A stretch of DNA of 64,000 bases, taken from an uncultured delta proteobacterium (GTDB taxonomy: Bacteria; Desulfobacterota; Syntrophorhabdia; Syntrophorhabdales; Syntrophorhabdaceae). A program made the translations under genes and the position numbers. Of this stretch, positions 45,811-57,153 are shown one piece after another; positions within the stretch are counted from its first letter, which is position 1; each line of letters starts with the position of its first letter. The stretch lies in the NCBI GenBank assembly GCA_963783625.1, contig CAWAOG010000034.1, positions 58,368-122,367 of the forward strand, given 5' to 3'. The notes under the pieces were generated by a model. The model did no database searches. It worked only from the letters and a program-made list of their open reading frames with translations, and was not told the origin of the DNA.

Positions 45811-47361
45811 ATGTCTGACCTTATTCTCTATAATGCCAATGTGATTACCATGGACCCCGCTTGTCCGAAGGCGGAACTGGTTGCTGTGGAGAATGGCCGT
45901 ATTACGGCGGTTTCAGATAATAAAGCAATCGGGTGAGTTGAGAAACAGAAAAACAGAAGTGATTGACTGCAAGGGCAAGACCGTCATCCCGGGTTTTATC
46001 GATGCCCACTGCCATCTTGCTGCCTATGCCGAGGGCCTTGTGTCTATAGATCTTTCACCACAGGAAGGAACGAGGTCTCTGGCAGATATGCGCCGCAAAA
46101 TCAGGGCGTTTTCCATGGATCGACCAACGGCCTCATGGATAAGAGGAAAGGGATATAACGAATTCTACCTTAAAGAAAAACGCCATCCGAACAGACACGA
46201 CCTGGACAAGGCCGCACCGTCGCGTCCGGTTAAGCTCACGCACCGTTCCGGACACGCCCATGTTTTGAACAGCCTTGCTCTTAAGCATGTTGGTATTACT
46301 GCCGAAAGCGGCGATCCTCCGGACGGTCTCATCGACCGTGATCTTGAAACAGGAGAACCTACAGGAATTTTGTTTGGCATGGGAAATTATCTCGCGAAAA
46401 GAATACCCGCTCTCGATGATGAGCGAAATGAAACAGGGGGTGCGGCTCGCGAATGAGGAACTCCTCTCTCTGGGAATCACATCGATTCAGGATGCTACAT
46501 CGCATAATGATATTCATAACTGGAATATGTTTCGACAATGGAAGAGTGAGAATGATTTTCAGACCTGCAGTGACAATGATGCTTGGTATGAAAGGGTTCG
46601 ATGAATATAAAAAACAAATATATCAACCCTCCAGTGGTGAAAACGGGCTTCGTATCAGTGGAGTTAAAATTATTGTCCATGAGATCACAGGTGATTTGGA
46701 GCCGAGTCAGAAAAGGCTTAACAGGATGGTGCTTGAAATCCACAAAGCAGGGCTTCAGGCCGTACTCCATGCTGTTGAGGAAAAGACTATTGAGGCCGCC
46801 TGCAATGCCATTGAATACTCTTTGAAACAACTCCCCCGGCATGACCATCGGCATCGTATCGAACATTGTTCAGTCTGTCCTCCTGCCCTGGCAAAGCGGA
46901 TCGGTGATCTTGGGATCATGGTTGTTACCCAGCCGGCTTTTCTCTATTACGGGGGGGACCGCTATCTGGAGACCGTTCCACCGGAACAGTTGGAAAATCT
47001 CTATCCCATAAAGAGGCTTATAAAGTATCACGTCAGAGTAGCGGCCAGTTCAGATTTTCCCATTGTGAAACCGAACCCTCTCATTGGTATTTATGCTGCC
47101 GTTACGAGAATGTCAGAAAACGGAAAGCCTTTACTGCCGGAAGAAGCTATAGAAAGGTTTGAGGCGCTCCGGATGTACACCGATACTGCCGCTGCCGCGA
47201 GTTTTGAAGAACAGGAAAGAGGGAGCATTACTGTCGGGAAAGCGGCTGATCTTGTCGTGCTGAACAATGATCCGACAAGGGTAAGTGCTGATGAGATAAA
47301 ATCAATCAAAGTAGAGATGACCATAATCAACGGCGAAATCGCATGGCGCAGGAAGACGTAG
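45811..47361 (+). CDS. amidohydrolase-family (Amidohydro_3/YtcJ-like) metal-dependent hydrolase, at least 3 frame breaks
   Basis: MSDLILYNANVITMDP... and the metal motif IPGFIDAHCHL. Fragments are ORFs 45881..46456 and 46453..47361. Confidence 0.75.
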
Positions 47362-47522
47362 GTAAATAATAAATGCATGGAGCATAGGGCATAGCGCATG
47401 GAGCAAAAAACCGATGGACAACCGTCACGTTGAGGCAGCGGGATTAGGACGAGGGATGATGAACGAGGAAAAAGCAGGGTATAGAGTGTTGTAGGCATAG
47501 TGCGGGGGATAGAATCTCAATG

Positions 47523-47562
47523 AAAAAATACGGTGCAGGTCCTTGTAAATGAACCTGCACCG
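47523..47562 (-). terminator. rho-independent terminator for the minus-strand SBP gene (10-bp stem CGGTGCAGGT/ACCTGCACCG, then U-tail on the minus strand)
   Basis: Arms at 47531-47540 and 47553-47562. AAAAAA at 47523-47528 gives U6 on the minus strand. It lies between convergent genes. Confidence 0.6.
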
Positions 47563-47600
47563 TTGATTGCAAGATACATAAGCGTACTGCTTAGATCAGA

Positions 47601-49277
47601 TTACTTATCCCTCCAGGCATCTTCCGGTGTCCACTGTGTCATCTCAACGGTCATGAGACCGTCGTTATGCACATAGGGCTGTTTGGCGGCGAGCCCCGAG
47701 ACAACATACATAGGAGTAAAAATGCTGTATTCTCCGAAAACGACTTGCTGCAGTTTCCAAATCGCGGCCTGTTTACTTTTCTGATCGGGTGCTCTCTTTG
47801 CATCTAAGAGCATCTTTTCGATCTTTTCCGGATGCATGATGCTCTTGATCATTATGGTGCCATTGGCGCTTAAGTTCCTTGGCATTATCAATGCAGGGTC
47901 TGAATCTGCCCTGAAGGAACCAAAGCATAATCCTTCAAAATTTGTTTGAGACGTGAGTTGACGATATCTGCCGTTGTCCACAGGATCAAGTTCAATGTTG
48001 ATTCCTGCCTTGGCAAGCATGTCCTGGACAGCGGTCGCTGCAGCCACCTCTTCGGGAATATTAAGAACTAATAATTTGGTTTTGAAGCCCTGGGGATAGC
48101 CCGCCTCGGCAACCAGTTGCTTTGCCTTAGCCGGGTTATACGGGTAACCCTTATAATTAGGGTTGGCCCAATAGCCATTCGGTACTGCCCACTGCTGGAT
48201 GGCTGTAGCAAACCCATAATATGCGGCATCACGGATTGCTTTGGCATCAATGGCATAGCTTATGGCCTGTCTTACTTTCAGTTTGGCAAAGGGAGAATCC
48301 GGCAGAGCGCTATTGCCCACAATACCCTTCATCTGGAGACCCAATCCTGTTTTTAGTTCGGTGATATTAGCACCTGATGTCTTTAAATCTTTCGAGGTAA
48401 GGGGCGGAAGGTTCCAGAGGATGTCCAGTTCCTTTGCTTTAAAGGAAGCCTGCAACACCATGGGATCTGCAACAAAATTCCATTCTATGCCATCAAGATA
48501 TGGTTTGCCTTTCTGCCAGTATTCCGGGAATTTCTTGTATATCATGTTTGACATCGCGCTGCCGGCTCACGAACTGGAAGGGGCCGGTGCCGACAGGGTT
48601 AGTTTTGCCCAGTCGTCACGGTCCTTATCGGTAGCGCCGGCTTTTTGCCAGGCAGTGGGTGATATCTGGGGACCGGCAAAATAGCCCATGCCGATGATAG
48701 CGGTGTTATCCCACTCAGCAAGAGTAATCTTCAGGGTATAGTTATCGACAATATCGATGGAGGTAACCCCAGGAAGCTCAGCCCGCTTCGCGCCTATGAA
48801 CTTTTCTATATTCCACTTCACTGCTGCGGCGTTAAAATCTGTGCCGTCATGGAACTTGATGCCTTTCTTCAGCTTAAGGATAATGGTTTTTGCCTTGGCA
48901 TCTGTTTTCCAGCTTTCTGCCAGCCAGGGCAGCATCAGGCCTTTGTCGTCATAACGTCCCAGAGCTTCGATGCAGGTCTTGGAGGTAACAAAATCCTGCG
49001 TTGTAAGCATACCCGGTGGATAACCCAGTACATTGGAATCAACGGCGGTACCGATTCTCAGTATGCCGCCATATCGTGGTTGTGGCTGTTTCGACGGGGC
49101 TACTGGCTTGACTGCCCCTGGTTTGGCCTGGGCCCAGCCGAAGGTTGCCATGGATGCCAACAAACAAAGGGATATACCGAAGCAAAGGAACATCGGCAAG
49201 AGGACCCTTTTATTCATCTGAGACTTCTTTTGAAATATATCCGGAGATAAAAACATTAACCCGCGAATCTGCTTCAT
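47601..49277 (-). CDS. ABC substrate-binding protein, family 5, one frame break near 48555
   Basis: ORFs 48567..49277 (strong AAGGAGGGA RBS, signal peptide) and 47601..48554 are colinear. Confidence 0.8.
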
Positions 49278-49379
49278 AACTCCCTCCTTGATGTTTTTTC
49301 TTCACGCTGCTTGCACAGCCTTGTGAACTTTGCTTAGCAATACAGCATCACTTCCTTTATGAGAGCTGTTTATTCAACA

Positions 49380-50600
49380 TTATTCAAAGACACCTTCATT
49401 TTGAAGCGTGTCATATTCCTCGTCACTGATGCCGAGAAGTTCCTTGTAGACGTATCCGTTATGCTGCCCGAGACACGGTGCCGTTGTAACTGTTGCGGGA
49501 CTTTCCGAGAGCTTTATTGCCGGTGTCGGATGGTTGCACTCTCCGATGACGGGATGAGTGAGCTTGATAAAGCTCTGGCGCTCCCGCAACTGGGGGTCAC
49601 TGGTCGACCAGATCTGCCCCATCCTGAAGCGCGCCTGCAGGCACGCCTGCTTTCTGGAGGAGAGTCATCAACACGTGGCAGTCATATCCAACGGTCCATT
49701 GATTTATGAGTGATTCCAATTCATCTTCATGGGCTTTGCGTGCAGCAAAGCTTGAGAATTTGTCGTCTCCGCACCACTGCGGGTTTCCCATAACGCGACA
49801 AAGGCTCTGCCACTGCGTCTCATCGAAAACAGCAATGGCACACCAGCGATCATCACCCTTGCATGGAAAGGCCCCATGGGGGCAGGCATGAGGCGAGCGG
49901 TTACCTATACGTGATTCGACCCGCCCGTTTGCAAAATAATCAAGCATGGCCGGGGAGATGAACTGGACCATGGTCTCTACCTGTGTTGAGTCGATATATT
50001 GCCCTTTGCCTGTTCTTCTGCGGTAATCAAGGGCCGCAAGGAGAGAGATTACCGTGAAAACAGGTTGGACCACATCTGCATAGGCCACTCCGGGCGAGAC
50101 CGGTTCACTGTCGGGCCAGCCTGTCAGCATATAATGACCTGATATGGCGCTCCCTGTGTTGCCGAAGCCGCTGAGACGGGACTTCGGTCCGCTCTGTCCG
50201 TAAATACTCGAACTGGCCATAATGATATCAGGTTTTATTTTTCTGAATTCTTCATAGGTAATCCCGAGTCGCTCCATAACACCAGGCGTAAAGTTCTCCA
50301 TAACAATGTCTGAGATGGCGGCTATTTTCTTGGCGATCTCAACAGCTTTCGGATGCTGCATATTGAGGGTAATAGCCAGTTTGCTTGTATTGGTATGGAG
50401 AAAAAGGCCCCTCCGTCGGGATGACGGACATTATTTGCAAAAGGAGGCGTCATGCGTCCTATATCGGGCCGTTTCCGGGATTCTACCTTGATCACTTGTG
50501 CCCCGAAGTCAGCGAGAAACTTTGTCGCGTAAGGACCTGCACCGGCCCAGGTAAAATCAAGTACTCTTATGTCCTTGAGCGCGCCTTGTTGCGCTGTCAT
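49380..50600 (-). CDS. family III CoA-transferase, subtype 2 (MTAQ-start), 2 frame breaks
   Basis: ORFs 50322..50705 (from [23 protein letters not shown]), 49597..50361 and 49380..49622. About two-thirds aa identity to 54682..55902 by eye. Confidence 0.85.
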
Positions 50601-50619
50601 GATTGTCCTCCTGTTACCA

Positions 50620-51840
50620 TCAGATGATCCCCCGCTGTTTGAGGGATAAGAGAGCGTCTGCCGTGAGACCAAGTTCATCGCCATAGATTGCCGAATTGTG
50701 TTCACCTATGAGGGGCGCGCGAAATCTGATTTCGTTCGTGCCCTCTCTGGACAGATAGGTAAAGCGCTGGTATGTGAGGGTGCTACCTAATTCCGGATGG
50801 TCGATCTCTTTCCAGAAGTTTCTCGCGGCAAGCTGCTCGTCCTGTGCAACGGCATCAACAGGATTGACGGGTGAAAGCAACAGACCTCTCTTGATGGAGC
50901 CTGCCTCCAGTTCTTTTGTCGTATGCGTGCGAATAAATTGCGTGATTGACTGCTGTATCGCTTCGATATCTTCAGGGCTCCACTTCATGAAGTTTGGGAC
51001 CTCGTCCCAGTTTATATCTCCCCATCTGCCTGCCTGGTTCTCTTCTTTCATCCATTCGACCCAACCCCGTACCGGCTTCGGATTTTCCATCATGATCATC
51101 CATGTCACATACCCGTCTTTGCTGGGCCACAATTGCCGAAAGGCTGCACTGCCTCTGGCGAAAAAGTTTCCCATGCGCGGAGTCTTTGCCTTTTCCCATT
51201 CCCACCGGAAAGGTTCACGATAATTGGCGCGGACCATAATTCGTAGAGGGAAACATCGATGTGCTGTCCTGTTCCCGAGGCATAGCGGTATTGAAGAGCA
51301 AGGAGCGTCCCGCAACAGCCTAGGCACAGGCCAGGTAATAGGACTGATCAAGGCACATCCGAAGCGGCGGCCTGTTCTGTCGCCGTTGATGCACATAAAT
51401 CCGCTCATGGCGAGAATGACAATATCCGAGGCCTTGTAGTCTTTATAAGGGCCCGTCTGTCCGAAAGGGGTGATAGATGTCATTATCAATCGGGGATTGC
51501 GCTCGCTGAGACTTGAATAGCCAAGATCAAGCTTGTCCATATAGCCCGGCGGTGAAGATTCGATGATGAAGTCGGCCTCATCGGTGAGTTTCCTGAAAAT
51601 GTCCCTGCCTTCAGGATCTTCGATCTGCAGCGTGATACCTCGTTTATTCGCATTCATGGCAAACCAGTGAAGGCTTTTTTCCGGGTCGGCTGTATCGTGA
51701 AAAAAAGGACCCATACGCCGTGAAGGATCTCCTCCCGGTCTTTCAATCTTAATCACATCGGCCCCGAGATCCCCGAGGATTTTGCCGCATAGAGAACCCT
51801 TTTCATCGGTGAGATCCAATACCCTGTAATTGTTGAGCAT
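50620..51840 (-). CDS. family III CoA-transferase, subtype 1 ([15 protein letters not shown]); ORF is open but carries hidden frame breaks around 51230-51400
   Basis: The 406-aa ORF has flanks about 75% identical to 55925..57153, but about 50 central residues are unrelated unless two other frames are read. Confidence 0.85.
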   Translation of the reverse strand: MLNNYRVLDLTDEKGSLCGKILGDLGADVIKIERPGGDPSRRMGPFFHDTADPEKSLHWFAMNANKRGITLQIEDPEGRDIFRKLTDEADFIIESSPPGYMDKLDLGYSSLSERNPRLIMTSITPFGQTGPYKDYKASDIVILAMSGFMCINGDRTGRRFGCALISPITWPVPRLLRDAPCSSIPLCLGNRTAHRCFPLRIMVRANYREPFRWEWEKAKTPRMGNFFARGSAAFRQLWPSKDGYVTWMIMMENPKPVRGWVEWMKEENQAGRWGDINWDEVPNFMKWSPEDIEAIQQSITQFIRTHTTKELEAGSIKRGLLLSPVNPVDAVAQDEQLAARNFWKEIDHPELGSTLTYQRFTYLSREGTNEIRFRAPLIGEHNSAIYGDELGLTADALLSLKQRGII

Positions 51841-51888
51841 GACATTACCTCACTTTTTTTGTATTAGCGTGGTATAGCGAAACCACGC

Positions 51889-53209
51889 TTATCGTGAACT
51901 TACCCTATCGGGCCATACACCTTTTCTTCGATAAATTGCTGAAACCTGTGTCTGAATGCCTTCGTCATCCCACTCTCTCGCGTCAACGACATCGGCATAG
52001 ATGGGAAGCACCGGTATGCCCGCTTTTTCGAGGACCAGCTTGATAAACATATTGCCCACCGAGTCGATACAGTTGCTGGCGACGATCATGACGGCCCCAT
52101 GGACGCCGAAGCGTTTGGCCTCATTCAACTGCCACTCAGGGTCGCGCAGCCAGTATCCCATATACAAATGACGGCTGGCCAATGCCCTGAGAGGATTATC
52201 GCGATAGTCACGGATATAACCATCAGCTGCGATAGAGAGATACATTGAATTGGTGAAGACAGCACCGTACTTTTCTTCAAAGTACCGGTAAAATGCCGTA
52301 TTATGCCAGAGACCCCGTCCGATCCACATGAGCCTGATCTTTTCATTCTTGCAGACTGCTTCGCCTTTATCTATTTTCTCTTTCACCTCTTCATAAAACA
52401 TTTTGGCATGGTCCACGCCCCACTGTGTACCCCGGTGCCACTGGAGGTTCATCGTGGCCGCCAGTTGATCGGGCAAGCCGACAGGCGAAGGGCGGGTCAC
52501 GGAGAGGAGGTTACGGATCTTCTTCAGATATTCTTCCTGTTCGTTTTCCAGTTCCATGATCTCCACAAACTTTTTGTAATTAAACACTCTGCCGGTAGCA
52601 GTCTCCAGATACCGTATGAGGGCCTTTAACTCTTCAACCCTGAGATCAAGGGCTTTGGCGCCGACTATTTCTTCCCAGTCGTGATTCCAATGTTTCCCAC
52701 CAGCGAGGATACGACGGCGCGGGAGCGGGATACTCCATGGGAAAAAATTTGCAATTATACTCACGGGCCATGCGCTCAAATATCTTCACTTGTATGTCGC
52801 ATGAGAGCTGGGCCAATAGGACCGTCGGGTTGGGAAGTCCTCCCCAGGGAGCACGTTCCGGATTGTGGTCCATGGCACAGGCAAGCGGCAGAGAGCAGTA
52901 ACGGCACAAACTTCTTTGATAGCCCTTATCGTTCATCTGATCAAAATAATAGCCCGACATCTGTTTGGCAGAGATGATCGCCGACCACCACTGGGTCATG
53001 ACAACCGGTATGTCATCCATGGCGAGGAATATTTCATGGGGCGCATCGGCGTTTGCGAGGCAAAAAGGTTCACCGGCCGCCAGCCTCACCTGTGTTGATT
53101 TAAACCAGTCCTTCTGATACTTGGCAGAGATTGCGGCGACTTTCAGTTGTTTTATATGTCCGTGAGCGTCGGTTTTAGGCTGATCATTCACAGTTTTTGA
53201 TTCACTCAT
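51889..53209 (-). CDS. 2-hydroxyacyl-CoA dehydratase family (HGD-D, HgdA/BcrC-like) subunit, one frame break near 52700
   Basis: ORFs 52646..53209 and 51889..52779 are colinear. Paralog of 10998..12257. Confidence 0.8.
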
Positions 53210-54363
53210 CGGGACACCTCCTTGTGCGTTTGCCCTATTGCGGCAACAAATTGCTCCAGACCGGTTTTGAGTGTCGCCCGATCAGAGTCGGACAGGGAGT
53301 ATTTCTGGTCGCTGAAACAGAGCGAAGGGATACCTTTCTCGTCGAGGAGCTTTTTCTGGTCAGGCTGGTCCCAGGCAAGAGAGGGGTCCCATTCAAGGAG
53401 ATAGAATATAGTTCCCTGGGCCTTTGCCTCAACAGCTTTTTGCACGCAATAGTCAACCCTTTGGGCCGATGTTTGTGTCCTCAGTCGCGATGGTCGCACG
53501 TGGTATCTGTCTGCAAGGGCCTCCATCGGATCAGCCGATTCGTCAACGGGGTCATCAAAATATCTGTTTCCCCAGTTGCTGTTTTCAGCGACAATTACGG
53601 CATTACAGGACTCTGCAAGTTCATAGAACTGGAGATTATCGAGGTCACTTCCTTCGATGAAGAGTCTGACGCCGTTTCTCTCAGGAAGTGATTCTGCTTC
53701 ATCAAGGAATTGTGTAAGCAGTTTATTGTGTTCTTCTTTCAGCATGAACGCCGATGTTCCGATGATCTGAAGGGCCTCTACCCCTGAAATCCTTGGTTTT
53801 TCAGCAATCCGTAATTTGGCGACCTTGTTCAGGAGCGCCCTGTTTTTATTTCCTGTCGCTATTGCCTGTGACAACGCTTCGTTACTGATTCCTTTGCCCG
53901 ACCATTCTTCCAGTTGTTTCTTGAGATCGAATAAACTGTCGCGGACGAAGAGGGCCGACGTTAAAAAGGGTGTATGGAGTATGTCGAAAAAATAGACAGG
54001 AGGAAAGGTAATGGCCGGATTGACCCGATGTATCCACCAGAGCTGATGATAAAGCTTGAGGGTGGCATCGCTATGATGGGGAATGATAATGAAATCGAGA
54101 AAGTCATATTTTCCTGTTAAGAGCATATTCAATATAGACCGTACAGAAGGGTCCAGAAAGTATTCTGTGTATTTGTCCGCCTCCCCTGTGCCCTCTTCGG
54201 GTCTTCCGCTCATCCGAAAAGGGAAGAAATCCGCGGCAAGGACCATTTCATCGGGAACATCGTCGGATATATACCCCACAACCTTCCCGCCTTTTGCTTT
54301 CCATTCCCACGCGGCCCTGTCACGCTGCTCATATAGTTTTTTGATCTCTTCAAACGGCCCCAT
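53206..54363 (-). CDS. 2-hydroxyacyl-CoA dehydratase family (HGD-D, HgdB/BcrB-like) subunit
   Basis: Intact 385-aa ORF overlapping the next gene by 4 nt. Paralog of 9791..10996. Confidence 0.8.
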   Translation of the reverse strand: MGPFEEIKKLYEQRDRAAWEWKAKGGKVVGYISDDVPDEMVLAADFFPFRMSGRPEEGTGEADKYTEYFLDPSVRSILNMLLTGKYDFLDFIIIPHHSDATLKLYHQLWWIHRVNPAITFPPVYFFDILHTPFLTSALFVRDSLFDLKKQLEEWSGKGISNEALSQAIATGNKNRALLNKVAKLRIAEKPRISGVEALQIIGTSAFMLKEEHNKLLTQFLDEAESLPERNGVRLFIEGSDLDNLQFYELAESCNAVIVAENSNWGNRYFDDPVDESADPMEALADRYHVRPSRLRTQTSAQRVDYCVQKAVEAKAQGTIFYLLEWDPSLAWDQPDQKKLLDEKGIPSLCFSDQKYSLSDSDRATLKTGLEQFVAAIGQTHKEVSR

Positions 54364-54493
54364 GTTCCCTCCTGCTTTACAAAAACACCTTGTTTTTCTG
54401 TGTTGGTTTCATAGCTGATACTTTTTTACCACACATGGCCATCCAATTCAATGGTATTGATTAAATGAATACTAATATACTTAAGGTTAAAAG

Positions 54494-54559
54494 CCGGAAA
54501 TCGTCAATCGTAAATCGTAAATTGTTAAAAGCCGTCAATCGGATATCATAAATCATAAA
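54494..54559. repeat. two arrays of 7-nt periodic repeats of the CGTAAAT type
   Basis: CGGAAAT CGTCAAT CGTAAAT CGTAAAT at 54494-54521, and CGTCAAT CGGATAT CATAAAT CATAAAG at 54532-54559. Confidence 0.7.
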
Positions 54560-54602
54560 GGGCAAGGGAAAGAATCCGATTCTGGAAAAAACAAAAACAT
54601 TT

Positions 54603-54668
54603 CAACGACCCACACCCAATGACCAACGACCCACGACTCAATGACTCAACGACCCAATGACTCAATAG
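54603..54668. repeat. degenerate tandem repeat built from CAATGAC(T)CAACGACCCA
   Basis: CAACGACCCA at 54603, 54624 and 54647. CAATGAC at 54617, 54639 and 54655. Confidence 0.6.
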
Positions 54669-54681
54669 ACGATTTGAACGA

Positions 54682-55902
54682 TTATTCCAGGACTCCGTCG
54701 TTCAACAGTTCTACGAATTCCTCATCAGGGATGGCGAGAAGTTCGAGGTATACGTATTCATTGTGTTCACCGAGACAGGGCGATGTTTTAACCTGCGATG
54801 GACTTTTTGACAGTTTTACCGGCGGCACCGGGTGGTTGCAGTCTCCGATGACCGGGTGATTGAGCTTTACAAAGCTTCCTCTTTCCCGCAATTGCGGATC
54901 TCTGTCGACGAGGTCTGAGGCGTCCTGTACAGGGCCTGAGGGCACGCCGGCATTCTGGAGCATTGTTACCAGATCATCACGATCATAGTTGGCCGTCCAC
55001 CGAGCGATCAGTGTTTCGAGTTCGTCTTCGTTTTCTTTCCTCGAAACGAAGGTCGAGAATTTTGAATCCTTCGTCCATGAGGGATTTTGCATTGCGTCAC
55101 AGAGACCTTTCCATTCTTCTTCATCGAGAATAGCAAGAGCGCACCAGCGGTCTTCGCCTTTGCAGGGAAAGACGCCGTGAGGAGACGCGTAGGTAGAACG
55201 ATTGCCCTGGCGTGTCTGGATAGTGCCATTGGCAAAATAATCGAGGATAGCAGGTGATATAAACTGGACCATCGCCTCTACCTGTGTTGTATCAATGTAT
55301 TGTCCCTTTCCGGTCCTTTCTCTGTAATCAATAGCAGTCATGAGGGCCGCGGCAGTAAATATGGGCTGTACGACGTCGGCATATGCTATTCCGGGAGTGA
55401 CCGGGTCTCTGTCGGGCCAGCCGGTAAGCATATAGTGACCTGAGATGGAGGCGCCGGAATTCCCAAAGCCGCTGAAACGGGTCTTCGGGCCTGTTTGTCC
55501 GTAAATGCTTGAGCTGGCCATGATAATATCAGGCTTTATCTTTTTCAATTCATTGTATCCCAGACCGAGTTTATCTAATACACCGGGGGTAAAATTTTCC
55601 ATGACGATGTCAGAGATCTTCACAATTTTTTTCGCGATCTCAAGACCCTTGGGATGTCTGATGTTCAAGGTGATGCTCAGTTTGCTCGTATTGGAATGGA
55701 GAAAGAAAGCGCTTCGGTCGGGGTGAATGATATTATCTTTAAAGGGCGCGCTCATCCGTCCGATATCGGGGTGTTTTATGGACTCTATTTTAATAACCTG
55801 GGCGCCAAAATCCGCCAGATACTTGGTTGCAAGCGGACCCGCGCCTACCCAACTGAAATCGCATATCCTTATGCCGTCTAAAGGACCTTTTTGTGCTGTC
55901 AT
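54682..55902 (-). CDS. family III CoA-transferase, subtype 2, intact
   Basis: 406-aa ORF: [40 protein letters not shown]...CLGEHNEYVY. Confidence 0.9.
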   Translation of the reverse strand: MTAQKGPLDGIRICDFSWVGAGPLATKYLADFGAQVIKIESIKHPDIGRMSAPFKDNIIHPDRSAFFLHSNTSKLSITLNIRHPKGLEIAKKIVKISDIVMENFTPGVLDKLGLGYNELKKIKPDIIMASSSIYGQTGPKTRFSGFGNSGASISGHYMLTGWPDRDPVTPGIAYADVVQPIFTAAALMTAIDYRERTGKGQYIDTTQVEAMVQFISPAILDYFANGTIQTRQGNRSTYASPHGVFPCKGEDRWCALAILDEEEWKGLCDAMQNPSWTKDSKFSTFVSRKENEDELETLIARWTANYDRDDLVTMLQNAGVPSGPVQDASDLVDRDPQLRERGSFVKLNHPVIGDCNHPVPPVKLSKSPSQVKTSPCLGEHNEYVYLELLAIPDEEFVELLNDGVLE

Positions 55903-55924
55903 ATGTATACCTCTCCCGTCACAA

Positions 55925-57153
55925 TCAAAGAACGCCGCGTTCTTTCAAGGTTGATAGTGTTTGTTTGGATAAACCTAATTCTTTTTCATAGACTTCTTCG
56001 TTATGTTCGCCGATGAGCGGCGCCCGGTTCCTTACGCGGGCGTTACCTTCGCTCGTAATATAGGGGAAGGCCGGATGTCCGATCGTTTCATGTTGTCCCC
56101 GGTATCGGAAGCTGTTCCCAAAAGCCTCTGGCCATAAGCTGCTCATCTTGCGTCACATTATCAATCCTGTTCACTCTGGCCATAGGGATGCCTCTTGTGA
56201 TGGCCTTGTTTTCAAGTTCGTCCATGGTGAAATTGAGGAAAGAATTTCTCTATAACAGCTTCCCAGGACCCCAGCTCTTCCTGTGATATATTCGAGAGAT
56301 GCAGACTGCCCCAATCGACGTCTTTCAGAATATCGGCCTGGCCCAGTTCAGACATCCACGTAACCAGGGCATTCATCTGCTTCGCGCCGGTAACACCGCC
56401 GGTGAGCAGCCAGGTAACATATCCGTCCTTACAGTGCCAAAGCTGTAACCCTTTTGCTTGTGCGCGGGGAAACCGGTTTCCGGACCTTTTAACCAGCTCA
56501 TGGAGAAATTCCCATCGCGCAGGTTCCCAGTAATTGCCGCGAACGGTAGCTTCATATATGGACACGTCGACAGACTGCCCCTCACCGGAGGTCCGGCGAT
56601 GACGAAGGGCAAGAAGAGTTCCCACGACAGCATGTATGGAGCCCAGCAAGTACGTCTGATCAAGACACATTCTGATCGGTGGCCGGTCACTATCGCCGGT
56701 AATACTCATGAGACCACTCATGGCAAGAATGGCGATATCTGAAGCCTTGCGGTCTTTATAGGGTCCGGTCTGTCCGAAAGGTGTTATGGATGTCATAATG
56801 ATCCTGGGATTAGAAGCGCTCAGAGCGGCATATCCAAGCCCCAGCTTATCCATGTAGCCCGGCGGGAAAGACTCAACAATGATGTCCGCTGTGTTGCTTA
56901 ACTTGAGAAATATATCCCGGCCTTCAGGGTCATGAAGATTGAGGGTAATGCCCCTCTTGCTGCTGTTATACGCGCACCAGTTAAGACTCTTTTCAGGATC
57001 AGCCGTATTATGAAAGAAAGGGCCGATCCGCCGCGCGGGATCACCTCCCGGCTTCTCTACTTTGATTACATCAGCGCCAAGATCACCCAGGATTTTGCCG
57101 CAACAGAACCCTTTTTCATCTGTAAGATCTAATACTCGATAACCGTTTAACAT
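55925..57153 (-). CDS. family III CoA-transferase, subtype 1, at least 2 frame breaks near 56150-56215
   Basis: ORFs 56212..57153 ([38 protein letters not shown]) and 55925..56146 (...[18 protein letters not shown]). Confidence 0.85.
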
